A stretch of DNA of 64,000 bases. It comes from Nitrospinales bacterium. Lineage in GTDB: Bacteria > Nitrospinota > Nitrospinia > Nitrospinales > VA-1. This document shows, piece by piece, positions 1 to 13,096 of this stretch. The notes below the pieces were generated by a model that worked only from the letters and a program-made list of their open reading frames with translations, was not told the origin of the DNA and searched no databases. The translations under genes and the position numbers were made by a program. Positions within the stretch are counted from its first letter, which is position 1; the number at the start of each line of letters is the position of its first letter. The stretch spans positions 288,001 through 352,000 of the forward strand of contig CBDCWG010000007.1 in the NCBI GenBank assembly GCA_965223345.1, given 5' to 3'.

Positions 1-667
1 GGTAAATGATGTCGTCCTGGGCGGACTTTTTGAAATCGTAGATCCCGCTCCAGGAAATCCTGCCGGATTCCAGATCGATCATCTCGAAGATGATCTGGTG
101 CGTCCGCGACGCAAATCCGGTGGGCGTGACCGCATCGATGGTGGTGATGCGGCCGCCGAGGCGGAAATCGCCACCCAGCGTGGACTCGCGGTGCGCGATG
201 GTCCCCGCATCGACGACGGGCGCTCCCTTGTCGGTGCCGCTGCGCTTGAGGGCGCGTTCGCGCTCGACCATGTCGGAATAATGCCGCCCGACGAAGATCA
301 TGCGTCCCTGCGCGGCGCGGTTCAACTCGACGCGCAGCCGGTCGGTGATGATGTTCTTATTGATGCGCGTGGAGCCCTCGTTGCGGAAGTATTCCGAATC
401 GATGATCACACGCGGCGGGGTGTTCCGGCCGGAAAGCACCGGCGTGCCGAGCATGTCGCCGACCATTTTGTCGGTCATGCTGGCGACGTCCTGGGATTCG
501 ATGCCGATGCCCTGCACGCGTCCCGGCGAGTCTACGTCTTCATAGACGGTGGGGCGTCCGGGGGCGCTTTCGGCGCCCGGGCCGGGAACGTAGGGAGGCG
601 GCGTCGAGCATCCCGCCCAGATAAAGCCTTGAATCGCAATCAAAAACAGTCCTGCCGCTTTTTTCAT
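1..667 (-). CDS. LpoB/CsgG-like lipoprotein (3' end runs off window)
   Basis: Not in ORF track. Manual translation from ATG at 667: MKKAAGLFLIAIQGFIWAGC (lipobox) ...GIESQDVASMTDKMVGDML...FEMIDLESGRISWSGIYDFKK; open to the window edge; resembles the LpoB family. Confidence 0.65.
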   Translation of the reverse strand, partial: MKKAAGLFLIAIQGFIWAGCSTPPPYVPGPGAESAPGRPTVYEDVDSPGRVQGIGIESQDVASMTDKMVGDMLGTPVLSGRNTPPRVIIDSEYFRNEGSTRINKNIITDRLRVELNRAAQGRMIFVGRHYSDMVERERALKRSGTDKGAPVVDAGTIAHRESTLGGDFRLGGRITTIDAVTPTGFASRTHQIIFEMIDLESGRISWSGIYDFKKSAQDDIIY

Positions 668-780
668 ATCCTCGTCTCCAGGCAATCCCACTCAGGTTAT
701 CGATCTTGCCATAATCCTTAATTTTCAATATCGGTCCGTTGTCCGAACCCCGCAATCCCCTCTATTATAATCAAAAATAC

Positions 781-798
781 ATTCATATTTATATGAAT
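781..798. promoter_or_regulatory. Palindrome ATTCATAT-TT-ATATGAAT, candidate operator
   Basis: Perfect 8-bp inverted repeat in an AT-rich intergenic region, about 10 bp upstream of a minus-strand TATAAT near 765-770. Confidence 0.35.
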
Positions 799-890
799 TA
801 ATTAGCTGACCGCATTTTTTCCCGTTTGTCAATGTCCGCAGGCCGCCCTCAATGTGATGGATGCGGGAAAAGGGCGTAAAACAAATGCAA

Positions 891-4631
<3,741 letters not shown>

Positions 4632-4742
4632 GCCTGAAATTATAAGACAATCCGGCGATCGGTATCCGAATTAAGAGCACAGGCCTGCGGCAAACAACAC
4701 AATAAATGGAAAGAAAGGGTGAAAAGGTGTGGGGTCGGACTG

Positions 4743-5732
4743 TTAAGGACGGGAGCCGTTCAGCACATCGAGGGTCAATCCCTCCTGCGCGAGCAGCATT
4801 TCCAGCCGGGAATCGGGGGCGATGGGTTTGATGTATTTCTGCGATTGATGGAAGATATCCACCAGTTTGAAGTCGCTGTAGTTGGGTTCGTGGTGATAAA
4901 ACGCGATCTGCTTGACGTTGGCGTCCACGGCCAGATCCACGCCGATGAAGGTGGAGCTGTGGCCCCAGTCGGCTTTTTCCAGGCCTTCGCCGAAGGTGTA
5001 CATGGAATCGAATATCAAAAGGTCGGCGTCGCGGAAAAATTCGATGGTCGGTTGCAGCTCTTTAGCGTTCAGGTTTTTGTATTCCGCATCGGTGGCGTAG
5101 ATGACCGATTTGTCCCGGTACTCCACCCGGTAGGAAAACGATTTGCCCGGATGGCACATTTCCTTCCAGCGCACGGTGACCTCCCCGAGTTTCAATTCCT
5201 GGACCTCGCTCAGATCCGGAAACTCCAGTGTGGCGGAATACGCGTCGAAGGGAACCGGGAAATACTCGTGAACCTGCTGGCCTTCCAGCCTTTCCTTGAG
5301 GTTGCCGAAGGGGCAGTTCAGGGTGAAGTGGTTGCCCTTGATGTAAAACGGGGTGAAAAACGGCAGCCCCTGGATGTGATCCCAGTGGGTGTGGGAAAAG
5401 AAAATGTGCGCCGATCCCAGCCCTTTACCGAACACGCCTTTCATCATTTCCAATCCCAGCAGGCGGATGCCGGTTCCCGCGTCGAAGACGAGCGTCTCGC
5501 CGCCCACTTCCACCTGCACGCAGGAGGAATTGCCGCCGAAACAGCCGCGGATTTCCACCGGCAGACTGGCGATGAAGCTTTGAATCGAAGCGGGATTGAG
5601 CAGGTCCTCGGGCGTCGCCTGTTCCAGGGCCCGGGTCAGCTTTTCCTCGATCTGCTCTGTGGAGGGCGGTGTGGGGATGGAACCGCGGACACCGCGAAAC
5701 GTGACGTTGAATGAATTGTTGTCGGATGCCAT
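4743..5732 (-). CDS. MBL-fold metallo-hydrolase (RNase Z / phosphodiesterase-like)
   Basis: GVRGSIPTP, GGNSSCV, DAGTG, SHTHWDH, WGHS, HHEP motifs. Confidence 0.85.
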   Translation of the reverse strand: MASDNNSFNVTFRGVRGSIPTPPSTEQIEEKLTRALEQATPEDLLNPASIQSFIASLPVEIRGCFGGNSSCVQVEVGGETLVFDAGTGIRLLGLEMMKGVFGKGLGSAHIFFSHTHWDHIQGLPFFTPFYIKGNHFTLNCPFGNLKERLEGQQVHEYFPVPFDAYSATLEFPDLSEVQELKLGEVTVRWKEMCHPGKSFSYRVEYRDKSVIYATDAEYKNLNAKELQPTIEFFRDADLLIFDSMYTFGEGLEKADWGHSSTFIGVDLAVDANVKQIAFYHHEPNYSDFKLVDIFHQSQKYIKPIAPDSRLEMLLAQEGLTLDVLNGSRP

Positions 5733-5751
5733 TGCAGGAGTCTCGTTGCGG

Positions 5752-6609
5752 TCACGCTTTCATGGAGCTTTCGGTCTGGCGCAGGTTTTCCAGCGGACGG
5801 GCGACGATGGCGTCGAGCTCCTCGGGCGAAACCTGCAGCACCTCGTAAACGACGGGGTCCAGATCGACCTCGATGATCGGCACCAGCCCATGATCGATGC
5901 CGTTCACGTTGGCGATCTGGTTGGCGATGTTCACCACTTTCTGGATGGTCAGCCGCGATCCGTCGTTCTTGAGCGGCAAATGATGCTCTTTCACCGCGCG
6001 AACGACCACCGGGGAGACCGGCCATTGATGATGAATGAACCGCGCGCCCAGTTCGGCGTGTCCGATGCCGAAGGTTTCGATCTCCTGGATTTCCAGCAGA
6101 GACGAGTCTTTATCGAGGTCTTTGGCGAACTTGCTGTACTCCTCCGTGATGAGAAAATCGAAAACCAGGATTCCCAGATCGTGCATCAGTCCGCAGACAT
6201 AGCTTTCCTCCAGTTCTTCCCCGGACAGGCCCGTGTTTTCGGCCAGGCATTGCGACAGGCACGCCACAGCCAGGGAATGCTTCCAGAAGCGGATCTGGTT
6301 GAAGGCTTTCGGCTTTTTGAACATGGAGGGCAACTGCAGGGTGTAGGCCAGATCCAGCACCATTTTGATGCCCAGCCGGAGGATCGTGGTCGAAAGGTCC
6401 TTGGCCTGCTCGCGCCCGCCCCCGAACAGCACGCTGTTGGCCATCTTGATGAGCCGGCCCGACAAAACGGGTTCCGTTTCGATCAATGCGGCGATGGCTT
6501 CGATGTCGCTTTCGGGATCGTTGATGAGTTTTTCGAGCCTGAGGAGGATGTCCGGCAGCGGAGGCAGGTCCCCCTTTTCCTTCACCAGACTCAGGATTTT
6601 GTCTCGCAT
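5752..6609 (-). CDS. Stand-alone HDOD domain protein
   Basis: LPPLPDI, LIKMANS, FWKHSLAVA, GLMHDLG, HAELGA, HH motifs. Confidence 0.9.
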   Translation of the reverse strand: MRDKILSLVKEKGDLPPLPDILLRLEKLINDPESDIEAIAALIETEPVLSGRLIKMANSVLFGGGREQAKDLSTTILRLGIKMVLDLAYTLQLPSMFKKPKAFNQIRFWKHSLAVACLSQCLAENTGLSGEELEESYVCGLMHDLGILVFDFLITEEYSKFAKDLDKDSSLLEIQEIETFGIGHAELGARFIHHQWPVSPVVVRAVKEHHLPLKNDGSRLTIQKVVNIANQIANVNGIDHGLVPIIEVDLDPVVYEVLQVSPEELDAIVARPLENLRQTESSMKA

Positions 6610-6669
6610 GGGCGCCCTTTTCTTCGCACAGCTGGGGTGCGGTTTATAGCAAATTCACTGTAAAAGTAT

Positions 6670-6697
6670 ATTATAACTCTAACTCCTTTATAGTCAA
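6670..6697 (-). promoter_or_regulatory. Sigma70-like promoter for the HDOD-MBL genes
   Basis: TTGACT-16 bp-TATAAT on the minus strand. Confidence 0.5.
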
Positions 6698-6925
6698 CTG
6701 GTTAAAAAAAGGGCGCTTGCGGCGTTTTGTCTAAAAGGAGGCGGGTTTGGAGTAAAAAACCGTGATTTTTATTGGATTTTCCCCCTATTTGGGCCTAAAA
6801 TACACCCCCACAATCACTGCAAAGGAATTCACGAACCGCATTCTTCAGGATGCATCGGGGCCGGTGAATCGGACAGGGAGTTCTCATATGCTCCCACTCT
6901 CTTTGGCCCCTATCGGGGGTCGGTC

Positions 6926-7954
6926 ATGCAATCGGCGGCAAACGTTTCCAATCCAGACGCAGTTCACCGTTTTATTCCTGTCATCCTTTTGGGCATCGCG
7001 GTTTTTGCGATTTCCACCGGCTGCGCTTCGCCCAAGGTTCACATCCACAAGCAATGGCCGCCGCTCAAAACCGAACAGCAAACCGCGCCCCTGACCGACC
7101 CGCAGAAAGCGCCGATCCGTCTGGCGGCGCTGGATCCGGCTTCCGCCCTGGCGCATGCGACCGACAAACCGTCTGCGGTGCAACCCGCGCCGCCGGTAAC
7201 AAAGAAAACCTTCCTGGCTAAAAAAACGGCCGTCCGCAAAGCCCACAGCAAGGTCAAAAAAGCCAAAGCGCTCAAAAGGAAAACCGCCCTGAAGCGGAAA
7301 AAAGCCCCCCGGTCGCTGCCGCTGGGCAGTGCGCCCTACCGCGTTTTCGGCGTCAAGTATTACCCGATGCTGAGCGCCGAAGGGTTCGATGAGGAAGGCC
7401 TTGCGTCCTGGTACGGTCTCAAGTTTCACGGCCGGCGCACCTCCAACCGGGAGGTGTACGACATGAACGGCATGACGGCGGCGCACAAGACCCTGCCGTT
7501 CGGCACGCATGTCAAGGTGATCAACCTGGAAAACAACCTGAGCGTCGTCGTGCGCATCAACGACCGGGGGCCGTTCGTGGGCGATAGGCTCATCGATCTG
7601 AGCTACGCGGCGGCGCAGAAACTGAAGATGTCGAAAAAGGGACTCGCGCCGGTGCGCGTCATCGCCCTGGCCGATACCGACCTGCCAACGAAGCAGACCG
7701 CTCCCGCGAAACCGCGCTACGCGGTTCAGGTCGCCGTGTTCAAAGACCTGGAAAATGCCCACCAACTGAAACGGAAACTTGAAAACAAAAAGATCCAAGC
7801 CTATAGTGTTAAAGGGTCCCGCAATGTCCGCGTTCTGGCGGGGAAATATTCCGATTTCAACCCGGCCTATCAGCTGCAGAAAAAAATCCGGAAACTGGGT
7901 TACTCGGACGCTCTCATCGTGGTCAATCGCATACAGGGACTCAGCGCCCCCTGA
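6926..7954 (+). CDS. rlpA: Septal ring lytic transglycosylase RlpA family lipoprotein with SPOR domain
   Basis: Lipobox ISTGC; GLASWYG, TAAHKTLPFG, RINDRGPF, IDLSYAAA; C-terminal YAVQVAVF SPOR; exact start uncertain. Confidence 0.9.
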   Translation: MQSAANVSNPDAVHRFIPVILLGIAVFAISTGCASPKVHIHKQWPPLKTEQQTAPLTDPQKAPIRLAALDPASALAHATDKPSAVQPAPPVTKKTFLAKKTAVRKAHSKVKKAKALKRKTALKRKKAPRSLPLGSAPYRVFGVKYYPMLSAEGFDEEGLASWYGLKFHGRRTSNREVYDMNGMTAAHKTLPFGTHVKVINLENNLSVVVRINDRGPFVGDRLIDLSYAAAQKLKMSKKGLAPVRVIALADTDLPTKQTAPAKPRYAVQVAVFKDLENAHQLKRKLENKKIQAYSVKGSRNVRVLAGKYSDFNPAYQLQKKIRKLGYSDALIVVNRIQGLSAP

Positions 7955-8044
7955 GAACATCCAGGAACACTCAAGGAACCGTTTCCGATCGATCCTCAAT
8001 TCCCGAACAAACCTTAAAACCGGACGTTGACCGGAGAAAATTGT

Positions 8045-8527
8045 ATGAGATTACCGATTTTGGAAAAACTGGAACAGGAGTTGGAGAACACCAAAGTCGA
8101 ACTGAAAGTCGATATCCCACATGCGCTGAAGGTGGCCCGCGAACACGGGGATCTGAGCGAAAACGCAGAGTACAAGGCCGCCAAGGAACGGCAGATGTTT
8201 CTGGAAAGCCGCCTGTCGCAATTGCAGAAACGCATCAGCGACATCACCGCCCTCAACATCGACCGTCTGCCGCGGGACCGGTCGGGGCTGGGAAGTTCCG
8301 TGCTGCTGAAAGATCTGGATTCGGGGGATGAAACCCAATATCATCTGGTGTTTCCGGAAGAGGTCAATCCGGAGGAAGGGAAGATTTCCACCGCCTCTCC
8401 GATCGGAAGAGCCCTCATGGGCAAACAGGAAGGGGACGAAGTCACCATCCCGCTGCCGGAAAACCGCAAAGAGTTTGAAGTCCTGCGCGTCGTCACCATC
8501 CATGAAAACACCCAGAACCTTGCCTGA
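8045..8527 (+). CDS. greA: Transcription elongation factor GreA
   Basis: HGDLSENAEYKAAKE and ISTASPIGRALMG; ATG at 8045. Confidence 0.92.
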   Translation: MRLPILEKLEQELENTKVELKVDIPHALKVAREHGDLSENAEYKAAKERQMFLESRLSQLQKRISDITALNIDRLPRDRSGLGSSVLLKDLDSGDETQYHLVFPEEVNPEEGKISTASPIGRALMGKQEGDEVTIPLPENRKEFEVLRVVTIHENTQNLA

Positions 8528-8616
8528 AACGGCCGGGCGGTCCCCGTTGACCCGACGGCGCAGCGCCGGCGCTCACCGCTTCAGCCGCATGAAAAAAACG
8601 CAATCGGAAATCCAAG

Positions 8617-9249
8617 ATGGCCAAACCGCTCATATCGTTTGAGGAAATCGCCGAGCAGAGTCCTTATTTTCTGGATGTGGACCACAAGCCGGACTGGCCC
8701 TCGCTGTTTGAAAACGACCACCCGTTGAAACTGGAAATCGGTTTCGGCAACGGCAAGTTCCTTCTGGAGATGGCGATCCGCGAGCCGCAGTTCAATTTCA
8801 TCGGCATGGATTTCTACCACAAGGGCATCCGCAAGGTGATCACGCGCATCAACAAGCTGCAACTCGAAAACATCCGCATCGTCTACGGAGACGCGCGGGA
8901 AAAGGTGCCGCTGATGTTCGCGGAGCAGGAGCTGGAAACGATCTACATCAATTTCCCCGATCCGTGGCCGAAAAAGCGGCACTACAAGCGGCGTCTCATC
9001 AAGCCGCCCTTCGTGGACGCGCTGGCGAAGACACTGGCCGCAGGCGGCAATGTGCTGGTGGCGACGGACAGCGAGCCGTACGCGATGGAAATTCTGGAAT
9101 TTTTCGAGGCGCATGCGGATCTCAAGAATAAGATCGGCCCCGGCGTCTTTCGCGGCAGCCGCGGCGACATCCCGCAATCGAAATACGAACGGAATTTTCT
9201 CAAAGCCGGAGAAAAAATCTATTACCTGGAGTTCCTGAAAACCGCGTGA
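8617..9249 (+). CDS. trmB: tRNA (guanine-N7)-methyltransferase
   Basis: LEIGFGNG, NFPDPWPKKRH, ATD motifs. Confidence 0.93.
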   Translation: MAKPLISFEEIAEQSPYFLDVDHKPDWPSLFENDHPLKLEIGFGNGKFLLEMAIREPQFNFIGMDFYHKGIRKVITRINKLQLENIRIVYGDAREKVPLMFAEQELETIYINFPDPWPKKRHYKRRLIKPPFVDALAKTLAAGGNVLVATDSEPYAMEILEFFEAHADLKNKIGPGVFRGSRGDIPQSKYERNFLKAGEKIYYLEFLKTA

Positions 9250-9307
9250 AAGGTCCGTTCGGGCCAAATTTGCGTGATGCCATGCAACCCAACACTCGGA
9301 GGTCCCT

Positions 9308-11488
9308 TTGTCCGCGGAACGCATTCTGATCGTCGATGATGAAAAAAACATTGTCACCTCTCTCAAGGAAATTCTCACCGAAGAGGGGTTCGAGGTTTCG
9401 GTAGCGGGAGACGGGCTCGGTGCGCTGGAAATGATTCAGGCGGACCCGCCGGATCTGGTGCTGCTGGATATCTGGCTGCCCGGCATGGACGGCATCGAGG
9501 TGCTGAAAACCGTCAAAACCTATCACCCGGAGATCGAGGTTCTCATCATGTCCGGGCACGGCACCATCGACACCGCCGTCAAGGCGACCAAACTCGGCGC
9601 GCACGACTTCATCGAAAAACCGTTTTCGCTCGACCAGTTGACGCAATCGATTCACGGCGTGTTCCAGGACAAAAGCGCTCCGGCCGGAAACGGCGACCCC
9701 TACGACAAAAAAGACCTGCCCCTTTGTTTCGAAATGATGGTCGAGGTGAAAAAAGCCGCCCTGCAGGCAGCCACCAACAACAACCCGATCCTGGTTCTGG
9801 GTGAAAAGGGAACGGGAAAGGAATTCATCGCGCACGCGATCCACAGACGCAGCCCCAACAGCGACCGGCCCTTCGTTCAGCTCAACTGCGCCCTGCGCGG
9901 CGCCCAGGAAATCCAGGCGCATCTGTTCCCCCCCGCTCCCAAGAGCAAGGGGAAACGCAAACCGCTCGACGGCGAAACGGCGGAACGGGTGCTCTATCTC
10001 AGCAATATCGAAGCGCTGGATGTGAAAGTCCAGCAGCAGATCGCGGAAGCGCTTAAAAACGGCAAACCCGGAGAATTTCTTCCCGCGCGGCTGTTCGCTT
10101 CCTCTTCCAAGGACCTGAAGGCACTGGCGCGGGAGGGCAAATTCCACGCCCCGCTGCTCAAGATTTTCGCCGCCGCCACGGTGCGCATCCCTCCGCTCAG
10201 GGAGTACGCCGACATCATTCCGGCGATGGTGCGGGACTATTTTGAGGAATGCGCCCAGAAGGGCAAATTCAACGTTCCGGCCATCGATCCGGAGGCGCTG
10301 GAAGATCTGCGTCAATACAGCTGGCCGGAAAACGTCAAGGAGCTGCGTTCGGTTCTGGACAAGATCCTCGTGCTCGGCGCGACGCGGCAGCACATCCGGG
10401 CGCAGGATTTGCCGCCGGAAGTGCGGCGCGCACCGAAAGAGACGGAAACCGCCAACCCGGAAGGATTCGTGTCCTTTCAGGAAGCGGAGCAGATCTGGGA
10501 GAAAGGCTTCATCATCCATCATCTGCGCAAGAACAACTGGGATCTGGAAAAGACCTGCCTGAGCCTGAAAACCGACGTGAAGGATTTCAGGGAAAAAATG
10601 CAGCGGCACGCGATCCGCATTCCCGGCCAGCAGGCCCCGGGCTCTGCGCCCTCCCCCTCTCTGCAGCGGACCTTGAAGCGCAGCGTGGTCCTGTGCGGCA
10701 GCGGCCTGCATTCCGGCATCAAAACCGGCCTGATCCTGCAGCCTCTGCCTCCGGGAAGCGGCATCATCTTCGGGGACATCTCCACCGGGCAGACCATTCC
10801 CGCGCGGCTGGAAAACGTGCAGTCCACCGATTATTCCACCTGCCTCAAAAAAGGCCTGGTCTCGGTGGCCACGATCGAGCACATCATGGCGGTGCTGCAC
10901 ATGTACCGCATCACCAACCTGCTCATCAAAATCGGCGACGAGGTTCCGGTGATGGACGGCTCGGCGAAGGATTTCTGCGAGTTGATCGAGGACGGGGAAT
11001 TCGAGGAACAGGACGGGCTGTACGAGGAGATCGTCATCGACAAGACCCACACCTTCGGACCGCAAAAAGACGGCGGGCCCTTCATCTCGATCGAGCCCTC
11101 GGACAAGTTCAAGGTGAGCTATCACATGGAGTATCCCGATCCGATCGGGACGCTCGACTACACCTACGAGTTCAACGGCGAGACGAGCTTCAAGAAGGAG
11201 ATCGCCCCGGCGCGCACCTTCGGTTTCCTGCAGGATGTGGCGCAACTGACGAAAATGGGTTTCGCGACCGGCGGCAAGCTCGACAACTTCATCCTTCTGG
11301 GGGACGGCAAGGTCATCAACACGAAGCTCCGGTTCGATGACGAGTTCGTCCGCCACAAGATCCTCGATATACTGGGAGATTTTTATCTTCTGGGAAAACC
11401 CCTGCGCGGCCACATCAAAGCCCACAAATCCGGACACACCCAGAATGTGGGGCTGTTGAAGATCATCCAAGAACAGCTGGCGGCCTGA
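9308..11488 (+). CDS. lpxC: Fusion: receiver + degenerate sigma54-type AAA+ + Fis-like HTH + LpxC (UDP-3-O-acyl-GlcNAc deacetylase)
   Basis: N-term ILIVDDE...LLDIWLPGMDG...KP; GEKGTGKE; WPENVKEL; C-term QRTLK..GLHSG, TIEHIMA, EVPVMDGSA, IAPARTFGF, RHKILDILGD, KSGH; single uninterrupted ORF with TTG start. Confidence 0.9.
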   Translation: MSAERILIVDDEKNIVTSLKEILTEEGFEVSVAGDGLGALEMIQADPPDLVLLDIWLPGMDGIEVLKTVKTYHPEIEVLIMSGHGTIDTAVKATKLGAHDFIEKPFSLDQLTQSIHGVFQDKSAPAGNGDPYDKKDLPLCFEMMVEVKKAALQAATNNNPILVLGEKGTGKEFIAHAIHRRSPNSDRPFVQLNCALRGAQEIQAHLFPPAPKSKGKRKPLDGETAERVLYLSNIEALDVKVQQQIAEALKNGKPGEFLPARLFASSSKDLKALAREGKFHAPLLKIFAAATVRIPPLREYADIIPAMVRDYFEECAQKGKFNVPAIDPEALEDLRQYSWPENVKELRSVLDKILVLGATRQHIRAQDLPPEVRRAPKETETANPEGFVSFQEAEQIWEKGFIIHHLRKNNWDLEKTCLSLKTDVKDFREKMQRHAIRIPGQQAPGSAPSPSLQRTLKRSVVLCGSGLHSGIKTGLILQPLPPGSGIIFGDISTGQTIPARLENVQSTDYSTCLKKGLVSVATIEHIMAVLHMYRITNLLIKIGDEVPVMDGSAKDFCELIEDGEFEEQDGLYEEIVIDKTHTFGPQKDGGPFISIEPSDKFKVSYHMEYPDPIGTLDYTYEFNGETSFKKEIAPARTFGFLQDVAQLTKMGFATGGKLDNFILLGDGKVINTKLRFDDEFVRHKILDILGDFYLLGKPLRGHIKAHKSGHTQNVGLLKIIQEQLAA

Positions 11489-11773
11489 CCGGCCGGCGGC
11501 CAATCCTGTAGATCCTTTTTTTTCGGGGAGATAGTAAGATCCGCCTGCCTGGGAGGATTACGTTTGGCAGGCGGACCCAAAGAGGTGGAAATCAATTTCC
11601 AAAGATTAAGATCGCTTCGGCTCCCTTTTATTCCGTTAGGAATGGGGATTTTTTTTAGGGGTGCGCATCTCCTGCGCACGCGAGCCGGGAGCGGGCGGCG
11701 CCGCATTGATTCGCCCGCTTGAATAATGTTAAGCTCGAAAAATAAACGGTTCTCTAAATTTATGAACGGTTGA

Positions 11774-12394
11774 ATGGGATCGAATAAATTCAAGCTCGCA
11801 GTTCTGGTTTCCGGGCGCGGAACCAACCTTCAGGCGATCATCGATGCGATTGAAAACGAAGGGCTGCCCGCAAAAATCGCCCTCGTGTTGAGCAATGTGG
11901 AAGACGCGTACGCACTGGAGCGGGCGCAAAAGCACGGGATCGAGTCGCAGTTTCTGTCTCCGGCCCAGTTCGAGAGCCGCGAGGCGTATGATGAAGAAAT
12001 GATCGGGCTTTTGCAGGCGCGTTCGGTCGATCTGGTCTGTCTGGCGGGCTTCATGCGGATCCTGGGCAAGCGTTTCATCCAGGCGTTTCCGGAGAGAATC
12101 GTCAACATCCATCCCTCGCTGCTGCCGGCGTTTCAGGGCCTGAACCCGCAGAAAAACGCCCTGGACTACGGGGTCAAGTTTTCCGGCTGCACAGTGCATT
12201 TCGTCGATGAGGGCGTGGACAGCGGGCCGATCATCCTGCAGGCGGTGGTGCCGGTTTACGATTCGGACGACACCGAAAGCCTTTCCGAGCGGATCCTGGA
12301 GCAGGAGCATCTGCTGTATCCCAAGGCCATCCGCCTGATCCTGGAACAGCGCGTGCGTGTGACGGGAAGAAAAGTGATCCAGAAAACCCCCTAA
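11774..12394 (+). CDS. purN: Phosphoribosylglycinamide formyltransferase
   Basis: SGRGTNLQA, LAGFMRIL, NIHPSLLP, VDSGPII. Confidence 0.95.
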   Translation: MGSNKFKLAVLVSGRGTNLQAIIDAIENEGLPAKIALVLSNVEDAYALERAQKHGIESQFLSPAQFESREAYDEEMIGLLQARSVDLVCLAGFMRILGKRFIQAFPERIVNIHPSLLPAFQGLNPQKNALDYGVKFSGCTVHFVDEGVDSGPIILQAVVPVYDSDDTESLSERILEQEHLLYPKAIRLILEQRVRVTGRKVIQKTP

Positions 12395-12421
12395 TCCTCC
12401 GGACGGAGGGAGCGAGACCCG

Positions 12422-13075
12422 ATGCCTAAAATTCTACCCATTGTTTTGACAGTCTGGCTTGTGCAGGCGGGCGCCGCCTGGGCCGCCAGCGACGAGCAGG
12501 TGGCGCTCGACGCCATCCAGAAGCGCTACGAGGAAGTGGAATCGTTCAAAGCCCGGTTCGTGCAGAAATCCTACGTGAAGATGATGAACCAGACGGTGGA
12601 AGCGCGCGGCGACGTGCAGATCAAAAAACCGGGCAAGATGAAATGGATCTACAACGCGCCGGATCCGCAGGTGCTGGTCAGCAATCACAAGATCCTCTGG
12701 CTGTACGTTCCCGAGGACAAGCAGGTCACCAAGGTGCCGGTCAAAAGCATCTATTCCTCCAACACTCCGGCGCTGTTCCTGGCCGGCAAGGGGAAACTGA
12801 CCGAATCGTTCAACGTGTCGAAGGTGTCGCGCGGCGAGAACGTGACGCGGGTGCTGCTGATCCCCAAGCATCCGGACAACAGCGTGGAGCGGCTGGTGCT
12901 GTTTGCGGACAATAAAAACTACCAAATCGTCGGATCAAGCGTGTATGATAAATTAGGCAACAAGACGGAAATTCAGTTCAGTGACATCCACACCAACATG
13001 GCCATCTCCGACGACCAATTCCAGTTTGAAATTCCCAAAGGTGTGGAATTGTTGGATTATTCGGAAAATCCCTAG
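12422..13075 (+). CDS. lolA: Outer-membrane lipoprotein carrier LolA family
   Basis: Signal peptide; FKARFVQ, IKKPGKMKWIY, FQFEIPKGV. Confidence 0.85.
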   Translation: MPKILPIVLTVWLVQAGAAWAASDEQVALDAIQKRYEEVESFKARFVQKSYVKMMNQTVEARGDVQIKKPGKMKWIYNAPDPQVLVSNHKILWLYVPEDKQVTKVPVKSIYSSNTPALFLAGKGKLTESFNVSKVSRGENVTRVLLIPKHPDNSVERLVLFADNKNYQIVGSSVYDKLGNKTEIQFSDIHTNMAISDDQFQFEIPKGVELLDYSENP

Positions 13076-13096
13076 TATTTTTCAGACTCCTTCCCC

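Noticed and set aside
9200..11503. Long antisense ORFs (also 13106..14623, 16068..18047, 20619..22073, 47059..48741, 52474..54099, 58520..60286)
   Set aside because: Shadow frames of real genes, expected with high GC3; no motifs and atypical composition
11490..11773. ZTP or PRPP riboswitch before purN
   Set aside because: Conserved core sequences of these riboswitches were not found by eye
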